A DNA stretch of 64,000 nucleotides. Origin: Candidatus Daviesbacteria bacterium. GTDB lineage: Bacteria; Patescibacteriota; Microgenomatia; Daviesbacterales; UBA10151. Each line of letters starts with the position of its first letter. Position 1 is the stretch's first letter. Location of the stretch: NCBI GenBank assembly GCA_028687915.1, contig JAQTZF010000001.1:1966-65965 (forward strand), given 5' to 3'. Positions 9,694-19,812 of the stretch are shown here, in pieces. The notes beneath the pieces were generated by a model that saw only the letters and a program-made list of their open reading frames with translations, ran no database searches and was not told where the DNA came from. The position numbers and the translations under genes were made by a program.

Positions 9694-11703
9694 ATGTTAA
9701 CAATAATTAAAAAGAAATCTGTATTCTGGGATCTAATAGGCTCTATTTTATTGGGGTTTTTTATTATTGGAATAATCTCCTATTTTACTACCAATACTGC
9801 TTTAGCCTGGTGGTTAAATACTGATTATGCTTACAGGCAAAGTATTACCATAACCAACGCAGCTGGCGGATCTGCCCAAACCAATTATCAAGTCCAGGTA
9901 TCTGTAGATACCTACACCTTAATTCAGGCTGGCAAATTAAAAGCAGATTGTTCTGATATCAAGTTTGGCAATAGCACTGACACTAATTTAACCTTTTGGA
10001 GGGAATCAGCTTGTAGTAATACCAGCGGTGTGAATACTCTATATTGGATCACTGTTCCAACAATAGCTATTGGATCTTCAACAGCCACCATTTATGTGTA
10101 CTACGGTTATGCTGATGGTACAGATGCCAGTTCTTACACCAGCCTTCCCACTGGAATTAGTGTTGGTACAGGAGCAGATGGAGCTTGTACTGTTAGCAGC
10201 CCCATTACCCTGGATGGAGCCTCAAATAATACCTGTATAGCAAGAGCCCAGGCAGATGGAGTCAGTTTTGCCTCTACTGCTAATAATACCTCCGGCCAAA
10301 ATCAGGTTACCACTTCCACTACTCCCACAGGGCTAGTGGTAGGTGATGAAATATTAATTATTAACTTACAGGGAACTTCTGGTGATAACTCTAATGTAGG
10401 AAAATATGAAACAGCCAGGATTACAGGTATCAGCACTAATACCCTAACTTTAAACCATAATTTAACCAATACTTATAATGGTACCGGTGGAACTCAAAAA
10501 ATAGTTATCCAAAGAGTGCCAAATTATACTAATGTAACTATAAACTCAGGTGGAACTATTACTGCAACTGCCTTTAACGGAACCAAAGGAGGCATTATTT
10601 TCTTTAGGGCATCTGGCACTTTAACTGTTAGTTCTGGAGGAACAGTAGAAGCCAGTAGCTTAGGTTTTAGGTCAACAGCAGGAGGAGCTGCAGCTACTGT
10701 TGGTACCCAGGAAACATTCACAGGAACAGTAAATAGCAGCTCAACTGCGGGAAGTCTGGGCAGCAATGGTACAAATGAAGGTGGTGCAGGAGGAGGAGGA
10801 AGTGGATCTGGTGGTGGAGGTGGTGGATATAGTGGCACTGGTGGAACTGGCACTTCTGGCTCTGCAGGAGGCAGGGGTGCTTGCGCAGGAAATGATGGTT
10901 ATGATAATTGTACAGGCGCAGGTGGCAATGGCGCCAGTGGAGGTACTGCAGCAGCAGGTAATACAAATTATGGCGCAGCTGCTTTAACTACCATCTATTT
11001 AGGATCTTCTGGCTTCAGTGGATCCGGTGGAGGGAACGGAGGGAATGGTGGTTCTGGAGGAGTAGGTGCTGGTGGTGCAGGAGGAGCAAGTGGCATCGGA
11101 GGAGGTATTGTGATAATTGGAGCAAGTACGATTACAATTGCAGGCAATGTTAAAGCTAATGGAGGCAATGGCAGTGCTGGTTCCGTAGGCACAGCTAATC
11201 AGGGTGGAATATATGGAAATTCTGCTCCTGGTGGTGGTGGCGGTGGTGGTGGAGGTGGAAGCGGGGGAAGTATTCTAATTAATAGTGCCTCCACTACTTT
11301 TGGTTCCAGTTTAATTTCAAGCACTGCAGGCACTGCTGGAGCAGGCGGAGGTGGTGGAAGTGCTACATATAGGGGTGGCGGAGGTGGAGGTAATCCTGGT
11401 GGCAATGGTGGGCCTAATTGTCCTGCCCCTACTTTATACTGCGCTTCCAGTGGTACTTCTGCAAATAATGCTGGTGGAGTTGGCACAACTGGTAGAATTG
11501 CTGCAAATTATAGTACAACTTCCGGTTCTTCTAATCCTACTGCCAATAATACTGTTTTACCTATTGCCAGTGCCCCCAATGGTGATGAAGAAGGTGCTCC
11601 AGACCCCACCCCCACTCCTACCCCAACCCCAACAAGCACTATTGTTGATGTTAGAATTAAAAGTAATATTAGGGTAAAAAGTAATGTACGTGTAGGTCAA
11701 TAA
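9694..11703 (+). CDS. Secreted DUF2341 + glycine-rich domain protein with PT linker
   Basis: Signal ending 'ALAWW'; 'YRQSITI...NYQV...DCSDIKF...LYWI...IYVYYG'; long Gly-rich region; C-terminal PTPTPT. Confidence 0.85.
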   Translation: MLTIIKKKSVFWDLIGSILLGFFIIGIISYFTTNTALAWWLNTDYAYRQSITITNAAGGSAQTNYQVQVSVDTYTLIQAGKLKADCSDIKFGNSTDTNLTFWRESACSNTSGVNTLYWITVPTIAIGSSTATIYVYYGYADGTDASSYTSLPTGISVGTGADGACTVSSPITLDGASNNTCIARAQADGVSFASTANNTSGQNQVTTSTTPTGLVVGDEILIINLQGTSGDNSNVGKYETARITGISTNTLTLNHNLTNTYNGTGGTQKIVIQRVPNYTNVTINSGGTITATAFNGTKGGIIFFRASGTLTVSSGGTVEASSLGFRSTAGGAAATVGTQETFTGTVNSSSTAGSLGSNGTNEGGAGGGGSGSGGGGGGYSGTGGTGTSGSAGGRGACAGNDGYDNCTGAGGNGASGGTAAAGNTNYGAAALTTIYLGSSGFSGSGGGNGGNGGSGGVGAGGAGGASGIGGGIVIIGASTITIAGNVKANGGNGSAGSVGTANQGGIYGNSAPGGGGGGGGGGSGGSILINSASTTFGSSLISSTAGTAGAGGGGGSATYRGGGGGGNPGGNGGPNCPAPTLYCASSGTSANNAGGVGTTGRIAANYSTTSGSSNPTANNTVLPIASAPNGDEEGAPDPTPTPTPTPTSTIVDVRIKSNIRVKSNVRVGQ

Positions 11704-11751
11704 CAACCTATTAAATTGCTACGTTGTAATCTATAATCAAACTCCGGAAAT

Positions 11752-13506
11752 ATGAAAAAATTTATTTATATTCTAATCTTAATAGTAACAATATTTCTTG
11801 CCGTAAGTAATTTTGATAATCTAAAAAACTTTCTAAGCATAAAATCTGAAGAGCAAAAAGTAATTGAGCTAAAAACTAAAAAAGAACCTTTAACCAAAGA
11901 AGAATTAAAGTTCCTTTTGGGGAATGCATCAATCCAAAGTATTAAAATTGGGGAAAAAGAGTACTCTTATATAAATAAAAAAGTTGTGGCTAAAAATCAG
12001 CAAAATGTATCAGAGGGTGAAGAAAGAAAAGTATTACAACTGGCTCTATTTTACCTTAGTGTTAAAGAAGACCCTTTATTTACCAGCCCAGAATTTGAGG
12101 TTAAAGATTTTAATAATTCTATTTCTATTTTAGAGCAGGAACAAACTCAACTTCTTACTGTGGCTAAAAAAAATACTTCTATTTTCCCTCTCACCTTTTT
12201 AAAAACAATTTCTGATGTTTTTGATAAAGAAAAAATGTTTTTGACTGACACTAGTTTGGAAAATGCTCAAAACTTACTAAAAACTTACACATTAACTGCT
12301 TCAGCTTATAAAACAGACATAACCTCTTTTACCAAAGGTCTGGAAGCAAAAAAAGCCTATCTTAGCGAACCAGATGTTATTCAACTCAAAGTAGCTACCA
12401 ATACAGAAATTATGCTTGCTGATTTAAAAAAAATGATGGAAAATGGCTCAATTTTAGAATCAGAGGCACAAAAGAGAACTAATTGTCTAAACTCAGGTCA
12501 AAACTGCAGCAGAGAAATCTTTTTCTTTAAAACCCCGGAAATTACAGAAATTGCAAAAGATAAATTTAGTATGCTTCCTCTTACTATACTGTTCCCAATT
12601 CATCCGGATGAGCCTGAATCATTTCGTAAGCTATATATTATCCACTCCCCTTGTTGGGGCTGGGGGCCTGATTTTTCTTCTCCTGCCAACCCTATGTATG
12701 TTGACCATTCAAACGCTAAATTAATAATAGATGCAGAAGGAAATTACCCAAAATCTTTATCTTTAAAATTGGGCAATCAAAACTTTTACAGAAAAGTGGA
12801 CAATACATCAAATAATATAAATAAAAGTTTATCTGAGCTGGGCCTGCGACGGGTTTTACAATCAGAAACAGCCGGTTACCTTTGTAGAAACCTGGAATAC
12901 CAGCCAATGTCAGCAACCATTGATGCTTTTATCAGAGAGTATAAAGATAAACCAATTCTGGGTGGTTTAGATGCAAAAATAGCTAAGTTTGAAAATAACT
13001 TTTTAAATTCTGCCACACCGGCAGATACAGACCTTATTACATTAAGTAAAATTTACAGTTCTGTTTATAAAGATTTGTCTTCCAAAAATTTAAACCCGGA
13101 ATTACAAAACGAAAGCCTAAAAAGATATTTGATGATTAACAGGCAACTATTAGGTTTTCCTAAGATATTAAATAAATCTGCCAATGAATTTTCCCGCTTA
13201 ATTCAACTCCACGAATCTCAACCTGATGTCTTTAAAGAAGAAGGTACTTTTTATGCCTATGTTTTCCCATTTAAAAGTTACTGGAACCTTTTATACTTCC
13301 CTTTTTCTCCTTCCTTCTGGAGATCAGATGCCCACCCTGAATATATAAAGAAGATTGTAATTAATAGTAGCTTTCCCATAAACCAGAAAACATTTATTAC
13401 TTATCCGGAAGCACAATCTATTGCAAACCCGGAGGAAATTAATAGATGGTCCATAGAAGGTTATAAATATACCCTGGAAAAACTGCCACCAACTAGGATT
13501 AACTAA
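11752..13506 (+). CDS. Hypothetical N-terminally anchored protein, coupled to the ABC ATPase
   Basis: 584-aa ORF with N-terminal hydrophobic helix; TAATG stop/start overlap at 13506. Confidence 0.75.
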   Translation: MKKFIYILILIVTIFLAVSNFDNLKNFLSIKSEEQKVIELKTKKEPLTKEELKFLLGNASIQSIKIGEKEYSYINKKVVAKNQQNVSEGEERKVLQLALFYLSVKEDPLFTSPEFEVKDFNNSISILEQEQTQLLTVAKKNTSIFPLTFLKTISDVFDKEKMFLTDTSLENAQNLLKTYTLTASAYKTDITSFTKGLEAKKAYLSEPDVIQLKVATNTEIMLADLKKMMENGSILESEAQKRTNCLNSGQNCSREIFFFKTPEITEIAKDKFSMLPLTILFPIHPDEPESFRKLYIIHSPCWGWGPDFSSPANPMYVDHSNAKLIIDAEGNYPKSLSLKLGNQNFYRKVDNTSNNINKSLSELGLRRVLQSETAGYLCRNLEYQPMSATIDAFIREYKDKPILGGLDAKIAKFENNFLNSATPADTDLITLSKIYSSVYKDLSSKNLNPELQNESLKRYLMINRQLLGFPKILNKSANEFSRLIQLHESQPDVFKEEGTFYAYVFPFKSYWNLLYFPFSPSFWRSDAHPEYIKKIVINSSFPINQKTFITYPEAQSIANPEEINRWSIEGYKYTLEKLPPTRIN

Positions 13507-14261
13507 TGAATACACTTATCCAGGTAAAGCACCTTTCATTTTCCTACCTTACCAGAACTGGTTCATTTACAGCTTTAAAAGACCTCTCTTTTGAAATAAA
13601 TAAGACAGAATTTGTTTGTATTATTGGCCCTTCAGGTTGTGGCAAAACCACTCTTTTAAACTGTTTAGCCGGGCTCCTTAAACCAACCCAGGGAGAATTT
13701 TATTTAAACGGTCAAACAGCTGTGGTTTTCCAAGACCCACTTCTTTTACCCTGGAGAAATGTTTTAACGAATATTACTTATGGTCTGGAAATTCAAAAAA
13801 TAGATCCTCAGGAAATTGCCAAAAGAGCTAAAAAGATACTATCCACCCTTAAGCTTGCTGATTTTGCCCATTTTTACCCCCATCAGCTCTCCGGAGGAAT
13901 GAAACAAAGAGTAAACTTAGGCCGGGCACTTATTTGTAATCCAGATATTTTACTGCTTGATGAGCCGCTCTCCCATCTTGATCCTCAGACCAGAGAACAA
14001 ATGCAGCTTGAAATCCTAAGAATCTTTGATAAAGAGAAAAAAACTTTTATCTTTGTCACCCACTTAATTGAAGAAGCAATCTTTTTGGCAGACAGATTGA
14101 TAATTTTAGGTAAAAGTCCCGGAACAATTAGAGAAGTTATTAAAATTAATTTTAAACGGCCAAGAGATTTAACCTTAAAACACAACCGTAAATTCCAGAA
14201 CATGGAAAAATTAGTGAACGATATATTAACTTCAGAAGGTGCTGATGAGGAAAATCCATGA
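13506..14261 (+). CDS. ABC transporter ATP-binding protein, TauB/SsuB/NitT family
   Basis: Walker A GPSGCGKTT, 'VFQDPLLLPW', signature LSGGMKQRV, Walker B LLLDEP, 'FVTHLIEEAIFLADR'. Confidence 0.95.
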   Translation: MNTLIQVKHLSFSYLTRTGSFTALKDLSFEINKTEFVCIIGPSGCGKTTLLNCLAGLLKPTQGEFYLNGQTAVVFQDPLLLPWRNVLTNITYGLEIQKIDPQEIAKRAKKILSTLKLADFAHFYPHQLSGGMKQRVNLGRALICNPDILLLDEPLSHLDPQTREQMQLEILRIFDKEKKTFIFVTHLIEEAIFLADRLIILGKSPGTIREVIKINFKRPRDLTLKHNRKFQNMEKLVNDILTSEGADEENP

Positions 14262-15031
14262 ATAGAATTTTTAAAATTTATCAAAATCAGCAGCATTTTT
14301 TTCTTGGGTTCACTGGTGCCCTTATTTTCCTAACCATATGGGAGATTATTACCAGGACAAAAATAATCAATCCCATCTTTCTAAGTCCACCCACAGAAAT
14401 CTTACAAACAGAATGGATCCTTTTTACATCCGGTAAAATCTTTCCTCATCTTTTTATATCTTTACAAGAATTTTCATTAGGTTTTGCCATAGCAATAATT
14501 CTTGGAGTATCTTTGGGACTGCTCATTGGTTGGTATAAAAAGATAGAAGCTTTAACTTCATCACTTATCTACAGCCTTTACTCTACCCCCAACATTGCTT
14601 TGCTACCATTGATCATTATTTGGACCGGACTTGGAATATGGTCCAAAATTATTGTGGTTTTTCTGGGAGCATTTTTCCCAATCTTAATCAATACTATCGC
14701 GGGGGTTAAAAACCTAGATCCTAATTTAGTTTCTCTTGCCCGCTCATTCGGGGCAACAGAAAGTCAAATATTCAAAACAATTATTTTTCCTGCATCCCTA
14801 CCCTATATTTTAACCGGATTTAAACTAGCTATTCCCCGAGCAATGATTGGAATGATTATTGGGGAATTCTTTGTTTCCAATCAAGGACTGGGATATTTAA
14901 TTACTTTTTACGGTTCAACCTTCCAAACAGCAGAGATTCTGGCAGTAGTTGTAATTGTAGTAATTATTAGTGTTTCCCTGACTAAACTATTGTCATATCT
15001 GGAAAAACATTTTCAATCCTGGAAAGTTTAA
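14258..15031 (+). CDS. ABC transporter permease, TauC/SsuC family
   Basis: Multiple TM helices; 'FFPILINT.AGV', EAA-like 'ARSFGA', 'PASLPYILTG', 'GLGYLI'; ATGA overlap with the ATPase. Confidence 0.93.
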   Translation: MNRIFKIYQNQQHFFLGFTGALIFLTIWEIITRTKIINPIFLSPPTEILQTEWILFTSGKIFPHLFISLQEFSLGFAIAIILGVSLGLLIGWYKKIEALTSSLIYSLYSTPNIALLPLIIIWTGLGIWSKIIVVFLGAFFPILINTIAGVKNLDPNLVSLARSFGATESQIFKTIIFPASLPYILTGFKLAIPRAMIGMIIGEFFVSNQGLGYLITFYGSTFQTAEILAVVVIVVIISVSLTKLLSYLEKHFQSWKV

Positions 15032-16308
15032 TCTAAATGAGAAACTATTTTTTTGTGTTTACTACTCATCGGAAAGCTATTGATAAACTCCACCTCTAAC
15101 GGTTTAAATATCTCTTCGGAAACCAAACTGGCTAAAGTGCGCCTGGCAGATAAATACAGCTCCTCACTAAATCCTTTTACTATTAATTTTATTAGCTTTT
15201 CTGACTTACCCTGATAACCTTTTTTTAAGATAAGCTGTAACTTTAACCTTGGAATTATTTTTTCTTTTTCTAAATCCTCAAAGACGTGTAACTGGAATTT
15301 AGGTGATGATAGATATTGTTGGAAAGGAAGCAGGGCTTTTTCTACTAAGTCTGCATAAATAAAAACTCCATGTATTTTTAAAGCATCATAATTAATTCTA
15401 CCCAATATTTTAAATCTTTCTTTTTGGCCACACCCACAATCATAATCCTCTACTTCTATTGCATCACCTGTTTTGTACCTAATTAATGGAAACCCATTTT
15501 TATATAAATTAGTAAGAAAAAGTTCGCTGTCTCCGCTTGAATTAATAACTTCATAATAATAATTTGAAGATTTATGGAAGTAATTAGTGCTAAGAGTATC
15601 CAGGCACCCACAACTTAAACCAATCGCCCCTCCCTGGGCTTCTGACATTCCATAATTATAAATAAACCGCGTGTTTTTAAATTTTTTCTTAAATATCAAA
15701 TCCTTTTGTTTGGAACAAAATTCCCCAATTAATGAAATTCTTTTAATATTATCTAAACTATATTCTTTTTCTAAAAACGGTATAAAAAAATATAGGGCTG
15801 TTGGTGAAGTTACAAGTAAATCTATTTTTAATTTGGCAGCAATTTTAGCTGAAAGCGGTAGATTATTAATATCACCTAATACACAAACCGCATTATCCTT
15901 TATTCTTTTTCTATCAAGTAAATGCATGGCAGCTTGATGTGGAGATAATAATTTCATTATAGATGTTACATGAAAGTCATCCCTCGACTTACCTCCTTTA
16001 TCTTTATAAATTTGCCTGGCAAGATTTTGCTGTCTAAATACCACAGATAAAGAGTTTATATTTTTGGTAGTACCACTGGAAATACTCACTGTCCCAAATT
16101 CACTCCAGGGTAAATAAAATCTGCTAAAGGGATCAGAACTAACCAATTCATCTTTAGTTAAATATGGAAGTTTTTTAAAATCTTCCATACTATTAATATC
16201 TTTAATTAAATTTATTCCAGCCTTGGTATATTTATCTTTATAAAAAGAAGAATAAGGAGAGTTCCAGACAAACTCTAATATTTTTTTAATTTTTGAATCT
16301 AATTTCAT
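15028..16308 (-). CDS. PaaK-like (phenylacetate-CoA ligase family) adenylate-forming enzyme 1
   Basis: 'F.KLPYLTK', SSGTT loop, 'IGE', 'YGMSE', 'PLIRYKTGD', 'CGCG', 'GR..D'. Confidence 0.85.
   Translation of the reverse strand: MKLDSKIKKILEFVWNSPYSSFYKDKYTKAGINLIKDINSMEDFKKLPYLTKDELVSSDPFSRFYLPWSEFGTVSISSGTTKNINSLSVVFRQQNLARQIYKDKGGKSRDDFHVTSIMKLLSPHQAAMHLLDRKRIKDNAVCVLGDINNLPLSAKIAAKLKIDLLVTSPTALYFFIPFLEKEYSLDNIKRISLIGEFCSKQKDLIFKKKFKNTRFIYNYGMSEAQGGAIGLSCGCLDTLSTNYFHKSSNYYYEVINSSGDSELFLTNLYKNGFPLIRYKTGDAIEVEDYDCGCGQKERFKILGRINYDALKIHGVFIYADLVEKALLPFQQYLSSPKFQLHVFEDLEKEKIIPRLKLQLILKKGYQGKSEKLIKLIVKGFSEELYLSARRTLASLVSEEIFKPLEVEFINSFPMSSKHKKIVSHLD
16157..16294 (-). repeat. Conserved 5' block of PaaK-like genes, copy 1
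   Basis: 137/138 identical to 17406-17543; sub-block 16164-16275 is 111/112 identical to 22987-23098. Confidence 0.9.
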
Positions 16309-16309
16309 T

Positions 16310-17575
16310 CTATTGGTGATAAATAATATTTATATTTTTAGGGGGCACATATTCTATGGATTGAACAAACTCTACCTCTATAGGCAAAAACCTTTTTTGC
16401 TTAACTAATTCTTCAAGACTTTCCATGGATTCAAAAAATAATTTTTGATTTATAGCTTTTACTATCTTTTTTTTAGCACTGCTTTTATTAATACCTTTTC
16501 CCAGCATTAACTGAAAATGTAATCTGGGTAATTTGTTCTTTTTATCTTTTTCATATATATGTAATTTCCAGTTAGAAATATCTAAAATATCTTTTTGAGA
16601 AACAATTAAATCATCAATTGGTTCCGGATAAAAATAGATTCCTCCTGCTTTAATGACATCAGTTCCAATCCTTCCAAAAACCTTTATTACCTCTTTCTCC
16701 CCACACTGACAATCTTCTATGTAGCTTTTAACCATATCCCCTGTTTTATATCTGATTAAAGGCAACTCTCGTGAATTATCCAGATGTGTTACTACTAATT
16801 CACTTTCTTCTTTTGGATTAATAAACTCATAATATAAATGTGGTCTGGGATGTAAAAGTTGTGGAGATTGTTTAACCAGGTACTTACAGCTTCTTCCCAT
16901 ACCACCAACTCCTGTAGCAGCATACTTAAGATTAAAATAAGCGTTGGGAAACTTTTCCTTAAAATAACTGAGCCTTTCACTGGAACGATATTCCCCTCCC
17001 ATACTTATATACTTAATCTTTTTTAAGTCATAAAATTTTTCAAGATGTGGAAGTAACCTGGTGAGATTAGAGGGTGATATTATCATCGAATCTACCCGAA
17101 GTTTTGACATTAACATAGCAGTTGATGGCATATTATAAAGATTAGCTAAATAACGGTTAATACTTTTATGCCTTATTTCCAGAGAATCTAAATAAATAAC
17201 CGGCACAAGAAAAATCATGCAGCTTTTAACCCCTAGCTCCACTGCCTTCTGAGACATTTTCTTAGTACGGGCGTTTAACTCATTTGCTCTTAAGATAACC
17301 ACCCGATTTTCAGACGTAGTACCGCTTGAAATACTATAAAGTTTAAATTTATCAATTGGTAAATAGAACCTGTCAAACGGATCTGAATTGATAAAATCTT
17401 CCCTGGTTAAATATGGAAGTTTTTTAAAATCTTCCATGCTATTAATATCTTTAATTAAATTTATTCCAGCCTTGGTATATTTATCTTTATAAAAAGAAGA
17501 ATAAGGAGAGTTCCAGACAAACTCTAATATTTTTTTAATTTTTTTAAAGATAACCTCTTCTCTACTCTTTTTCAT
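16310..17575 (-). CDS. PaaK-like adenylate-forming enzyme 2
   Basis: SSGTT, 'GGE', 'PLIRYKTGD', 'CQCG', 'GRIGTD'. Start placed at ATG 17575, 6 nt after a TGn-TATATT -10-like element. Confidence 0.85.
   Translation of the reverse strand: MKKSREEVIFKKIKKILEFVWNSPYSSFYKDKYTKAGINLIKDINSMEDFKKLPYLTREDFINSDPFDRFYLPIDKFKLYSISSGTTSENRVVILRANELNARTKKMSQKAVELGVKSCMIFLVPVIYLDSLEIRHKSINRYLANLYNMPSTAMLMSKLRVDSMIISPSNLTRLLPHLEKFYDLKKIKYISMGGEYRSSERLSYFKEKFPNAYFNLKYAATGVGGMGRSCKYLVKQSPQLLHPRPHLYYEFINPKEESELVVTHLDNSRELPLIRYKTGDMVKSYIEDCQCGEKEVIKVFGRIGTDVIKAGGIYFYPEPIDDLIVSQKDILDISNWKLHIYEKDKKNKLPRLHFQLMLGKGINKSSAKKKIVKAINQKLFFESMESLEELVKQKRFLPIEVEFVQSIEYVPPKNINIIYHQ
17406..17543 (-). repeat. Conserved 5' block of PaaK-like genes, copy 2
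   Basis: One mismatch versus 16157-16294. Confidence 0.9.
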
Positions 17576-17605
17576 AATGCTAATATAACAGATACTCAAA
17601 CCATT

Positions 17606-18673
17606 ATGAAGAATATCTATTTTACCTTAGGGCCCTCCCAACTTTTTCCAGGGGTGGAAGGTTTTGTAAAAAAAGCTTTAAGTGAAGATATTTTATCTCT
17701 TTTTCACCGTAGTCCAAAAGGTCAGGATATTTATCAAAGTGCAACAGAAAATTTAAAGATTCTTTTAAATATTCCGAAAGATTTTCATATTTTCTTCTTA
17801 TCTTCCAGTACAGAAGCAATGGAAAAAATACTGGAAAATTGTGTAGAAAAAAACAGCTTTCATTTTATTAACGGAGCTTTTTCTGAAAGGTTTTATGAAA
17901 CCGCAACTGAATTAAAAAAGAAACCACTTTTTTTAAAAGCCCCACTTGGAGAAGGTTTTGATTTTACAAAAGTAAAGATTCCTTCTAACACTGAAGTTAT
18001 CTGCTTTACCCAAAATGAAACAAGTACCGGAGTTGCTCTAAATCCAAATGATATTTATAGATTTAAAAAGCTGCATCCTCAAAAGTTAATTGCTGTTGAT
18101 ATTGTGTCCTCAATACCCACTATTGACCTTGATTACTCGATGATTGATTTATCCTTCTTCTCAGTCCAAAAAGGCTTTGGCTTACCAGCAGGGCTGGCAG
18201 TATTAATTGTCAGCCCTCAAGCTTTTAAAAAAGCCATGGAATTAAAAAACAAAGGATTAAATATTGGCAGTTATCATAACTTTGCCAACTTACAACACTA
18301 TGCACTTAACAACCAAACAATGGAAACACCAAATGTTTTAGGGCTTTATCTTTTAAATAAAGTTGTTACAAAAATGTTAAAAATAGGGATTAAAAGTATA
18401 AAACAGCATACAGACAAAAAGGCTAAACTTCTATATGATTTTTTTGATAGTGATAAAAGGTTTGAGCCATTTGTGAAAGATAAAAATCTTCGCTCTAAAA
18501 CAGTAATTGTTATTAATGTTCAAACAGACTCTCAGCAAATCGCAGAGAAACTGGCAACCAATGGTATTATCATTGGTACAGGTTACAAGCAATTAAAATC
18601 AAGCCAGATCAGAATTGCAAACTTTCCAGCTCATAACCTAAAAGATATAAAAAAGCTAATTGCTAATCTTTAA
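17606..18673 (+). CDS. serC: Class V PLP aminotransferase, phosphoserine aminotransferase-like
   Basis: 'YFTLGPSQL', 'HRS', 'TQNETSTGV', 'VDIVSS', PLP lysine in 'FSVQKGFGLPAGL', 'QIRIANFPAH'. Substrate is not established. Confidence 0.75.
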   Translation: MKNIYFTLGPSQLFPGVEGFVKKALSEDILSLFHRSPKGQDIYQSATENLKILLNIPKDFHIFFLSSSTEAMEKILENCVEKNSFHFINGAFSERFYETATELKKKPLFLKAPLGEGFDFTKVKIPSNTEVICFTQNETSTGVALNPNDIYRFKKLHPQKLIAVDIVSSIPTIDLDYSMIDLSFFSVQKGFGLPAGLAVLIVSPQAFKKAMELKNKGLNIGSYHNFANLQHYALNNQTMETPNVLGLYLLNKVVTKMLKIGIKSIKQHTDKKAKLLYDFFDSDKRFEPFVKDKNLRSKTVIVINVQTDSQQIAEKLATNGIIIGTGYKQLKSSQIRIANFPAHNLKDIKKLIANL

Positions 18674-18723
18674 ATTTCTTACATGATTGATTTATGGATT
18701 ACTTTATGTAAGAATCCAAATCA

Positions 18724-19767
18724 GTGAAAAAGAATATTGCGGTCGTTGTTGGTATATTATTAATTCTGTTGGTTGGGGCCTACATTTTTGGAAAAAATAA
18801 ATTGATTCCCTCTTCCTCTGTTACACAACAAGATCAGTCACTTGTAACAACCAATAACACTCCTTCAAAGATGACACTCATTACTACTAATGTTAAATCA
18901 AATCAAATTCCAATAGTTGTGGCACTCAAAAAAGGTTTTTTCCAAAAATATAATATAGAAACCAATATCGAAGAAGTGCCGAAAAATTCTCTTCAAGTAT
19001 TAGTTTCCGGAAAAGCTGATGCTATATTAATTACTCCTAATATAGCTTTGGCTGCTGCTGTAGAAGGAGCTGAAATTTCTTGGATTGGAACAGTTAACAA
19101 CAACAATAATTGGGTGGTTGTATCAAATAAAAATATTCAGGAAATTAAAAGCATGGGTGTTCTTAGCGGGCTGGATAAAGTTAATTCTCTAAGTCTCCTT
19201 CAACTTTTAAAGGTTAATACAGATAATATCCAGTTTCAGGAACTAGCTGATACACAAACAAAATTAACTGCCTTAAAAGAAAAACAAGTAGATTCTGTTG
19301 GTGTTGCCAAAACTGACTGGCTTTTATTCAAAAAGAAGTTCAATCTTTCTGATGATTATCAAATTATTTTAGACTCCTCCGTAAACCAGGATGCAGCTTT
19401 ACCAATTGCAGTAATTGCCAGAAATGGATTTTTAGAAGATAAAAAAACTTCTGAAAATTTTATCCAAGCATTAGTTGAAGCAGACTACTGGATAAAAAAC
19501 AAGGAAAATAAGGAAGAGTTAATAAAGTTGATTTCAGAATTTTATCCAAATATGCCCTCTGATGATGCTGTGGTATATGCCGATGTTTATCTCTCTACAC
19601 TTGCTGGCTTAAATCCCATTCCTGATATCAAAAAAGGAGAAAACATATTAAAACTTATCAATAACATAAACCCTAAAGCCAGGGATTATGATATTAATAA
19701 ATTTGTATCTACAAAAATAATTACATCTCTTAAAGAGTCTGGTTTTTTAAATCAATTTAACTTTTAG
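18724..19767 (+). CDS. ABC substrate-binding protein 1 (SsuA/TauA/NMT1-THI5-like)
   Basis: N-terminal anchor; 'PIVVALKKGFFQKYNI', 'LVSGKADA', 'ENFIQALVEADYWI'; GTG start. Confidence 0.85.
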   Translation: MKKNIAVVVGILLILLVGAYIFGKNKLIPSSSVTQQDQSLVTTNNTPSKMTLITTNVKSNQIPIVVALKKGFFQKYNIETNIEEVPKNSLQVLVSGKADAILITPNIALAAAVEGAEISWIGTVNNNNNWVVVSNKNIQEIKSMGVLSGLDKVNSLSLLQLLKVNTDNIQFQELADTQTKLTALKEKQVDSVGVAKTDWLLFKKKFNLSDDYQIILDSSVNQDAALPIAVIARNGFLEDKKTSENFIQALVEADYWIKNKENKEELIKLISEFYPNMPSDDAVVYADVYLSTLAGLNPIPDIKKGENILKLINNINPKARDYDINKFVSTKIITSLKESGFLNQFNF

Positions 19768-19812
19768 AAAAAGATTGACACTTTCTATTTATTATGTAAA
19801 AATACCTCACCA

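Noticed and set aside
10524-11677. Pro-rich antisense ORFs and local GC rise suggesting foreign DNA
   Set aside because: Explained by Gly codons (GGN) of the plus-strand gene.
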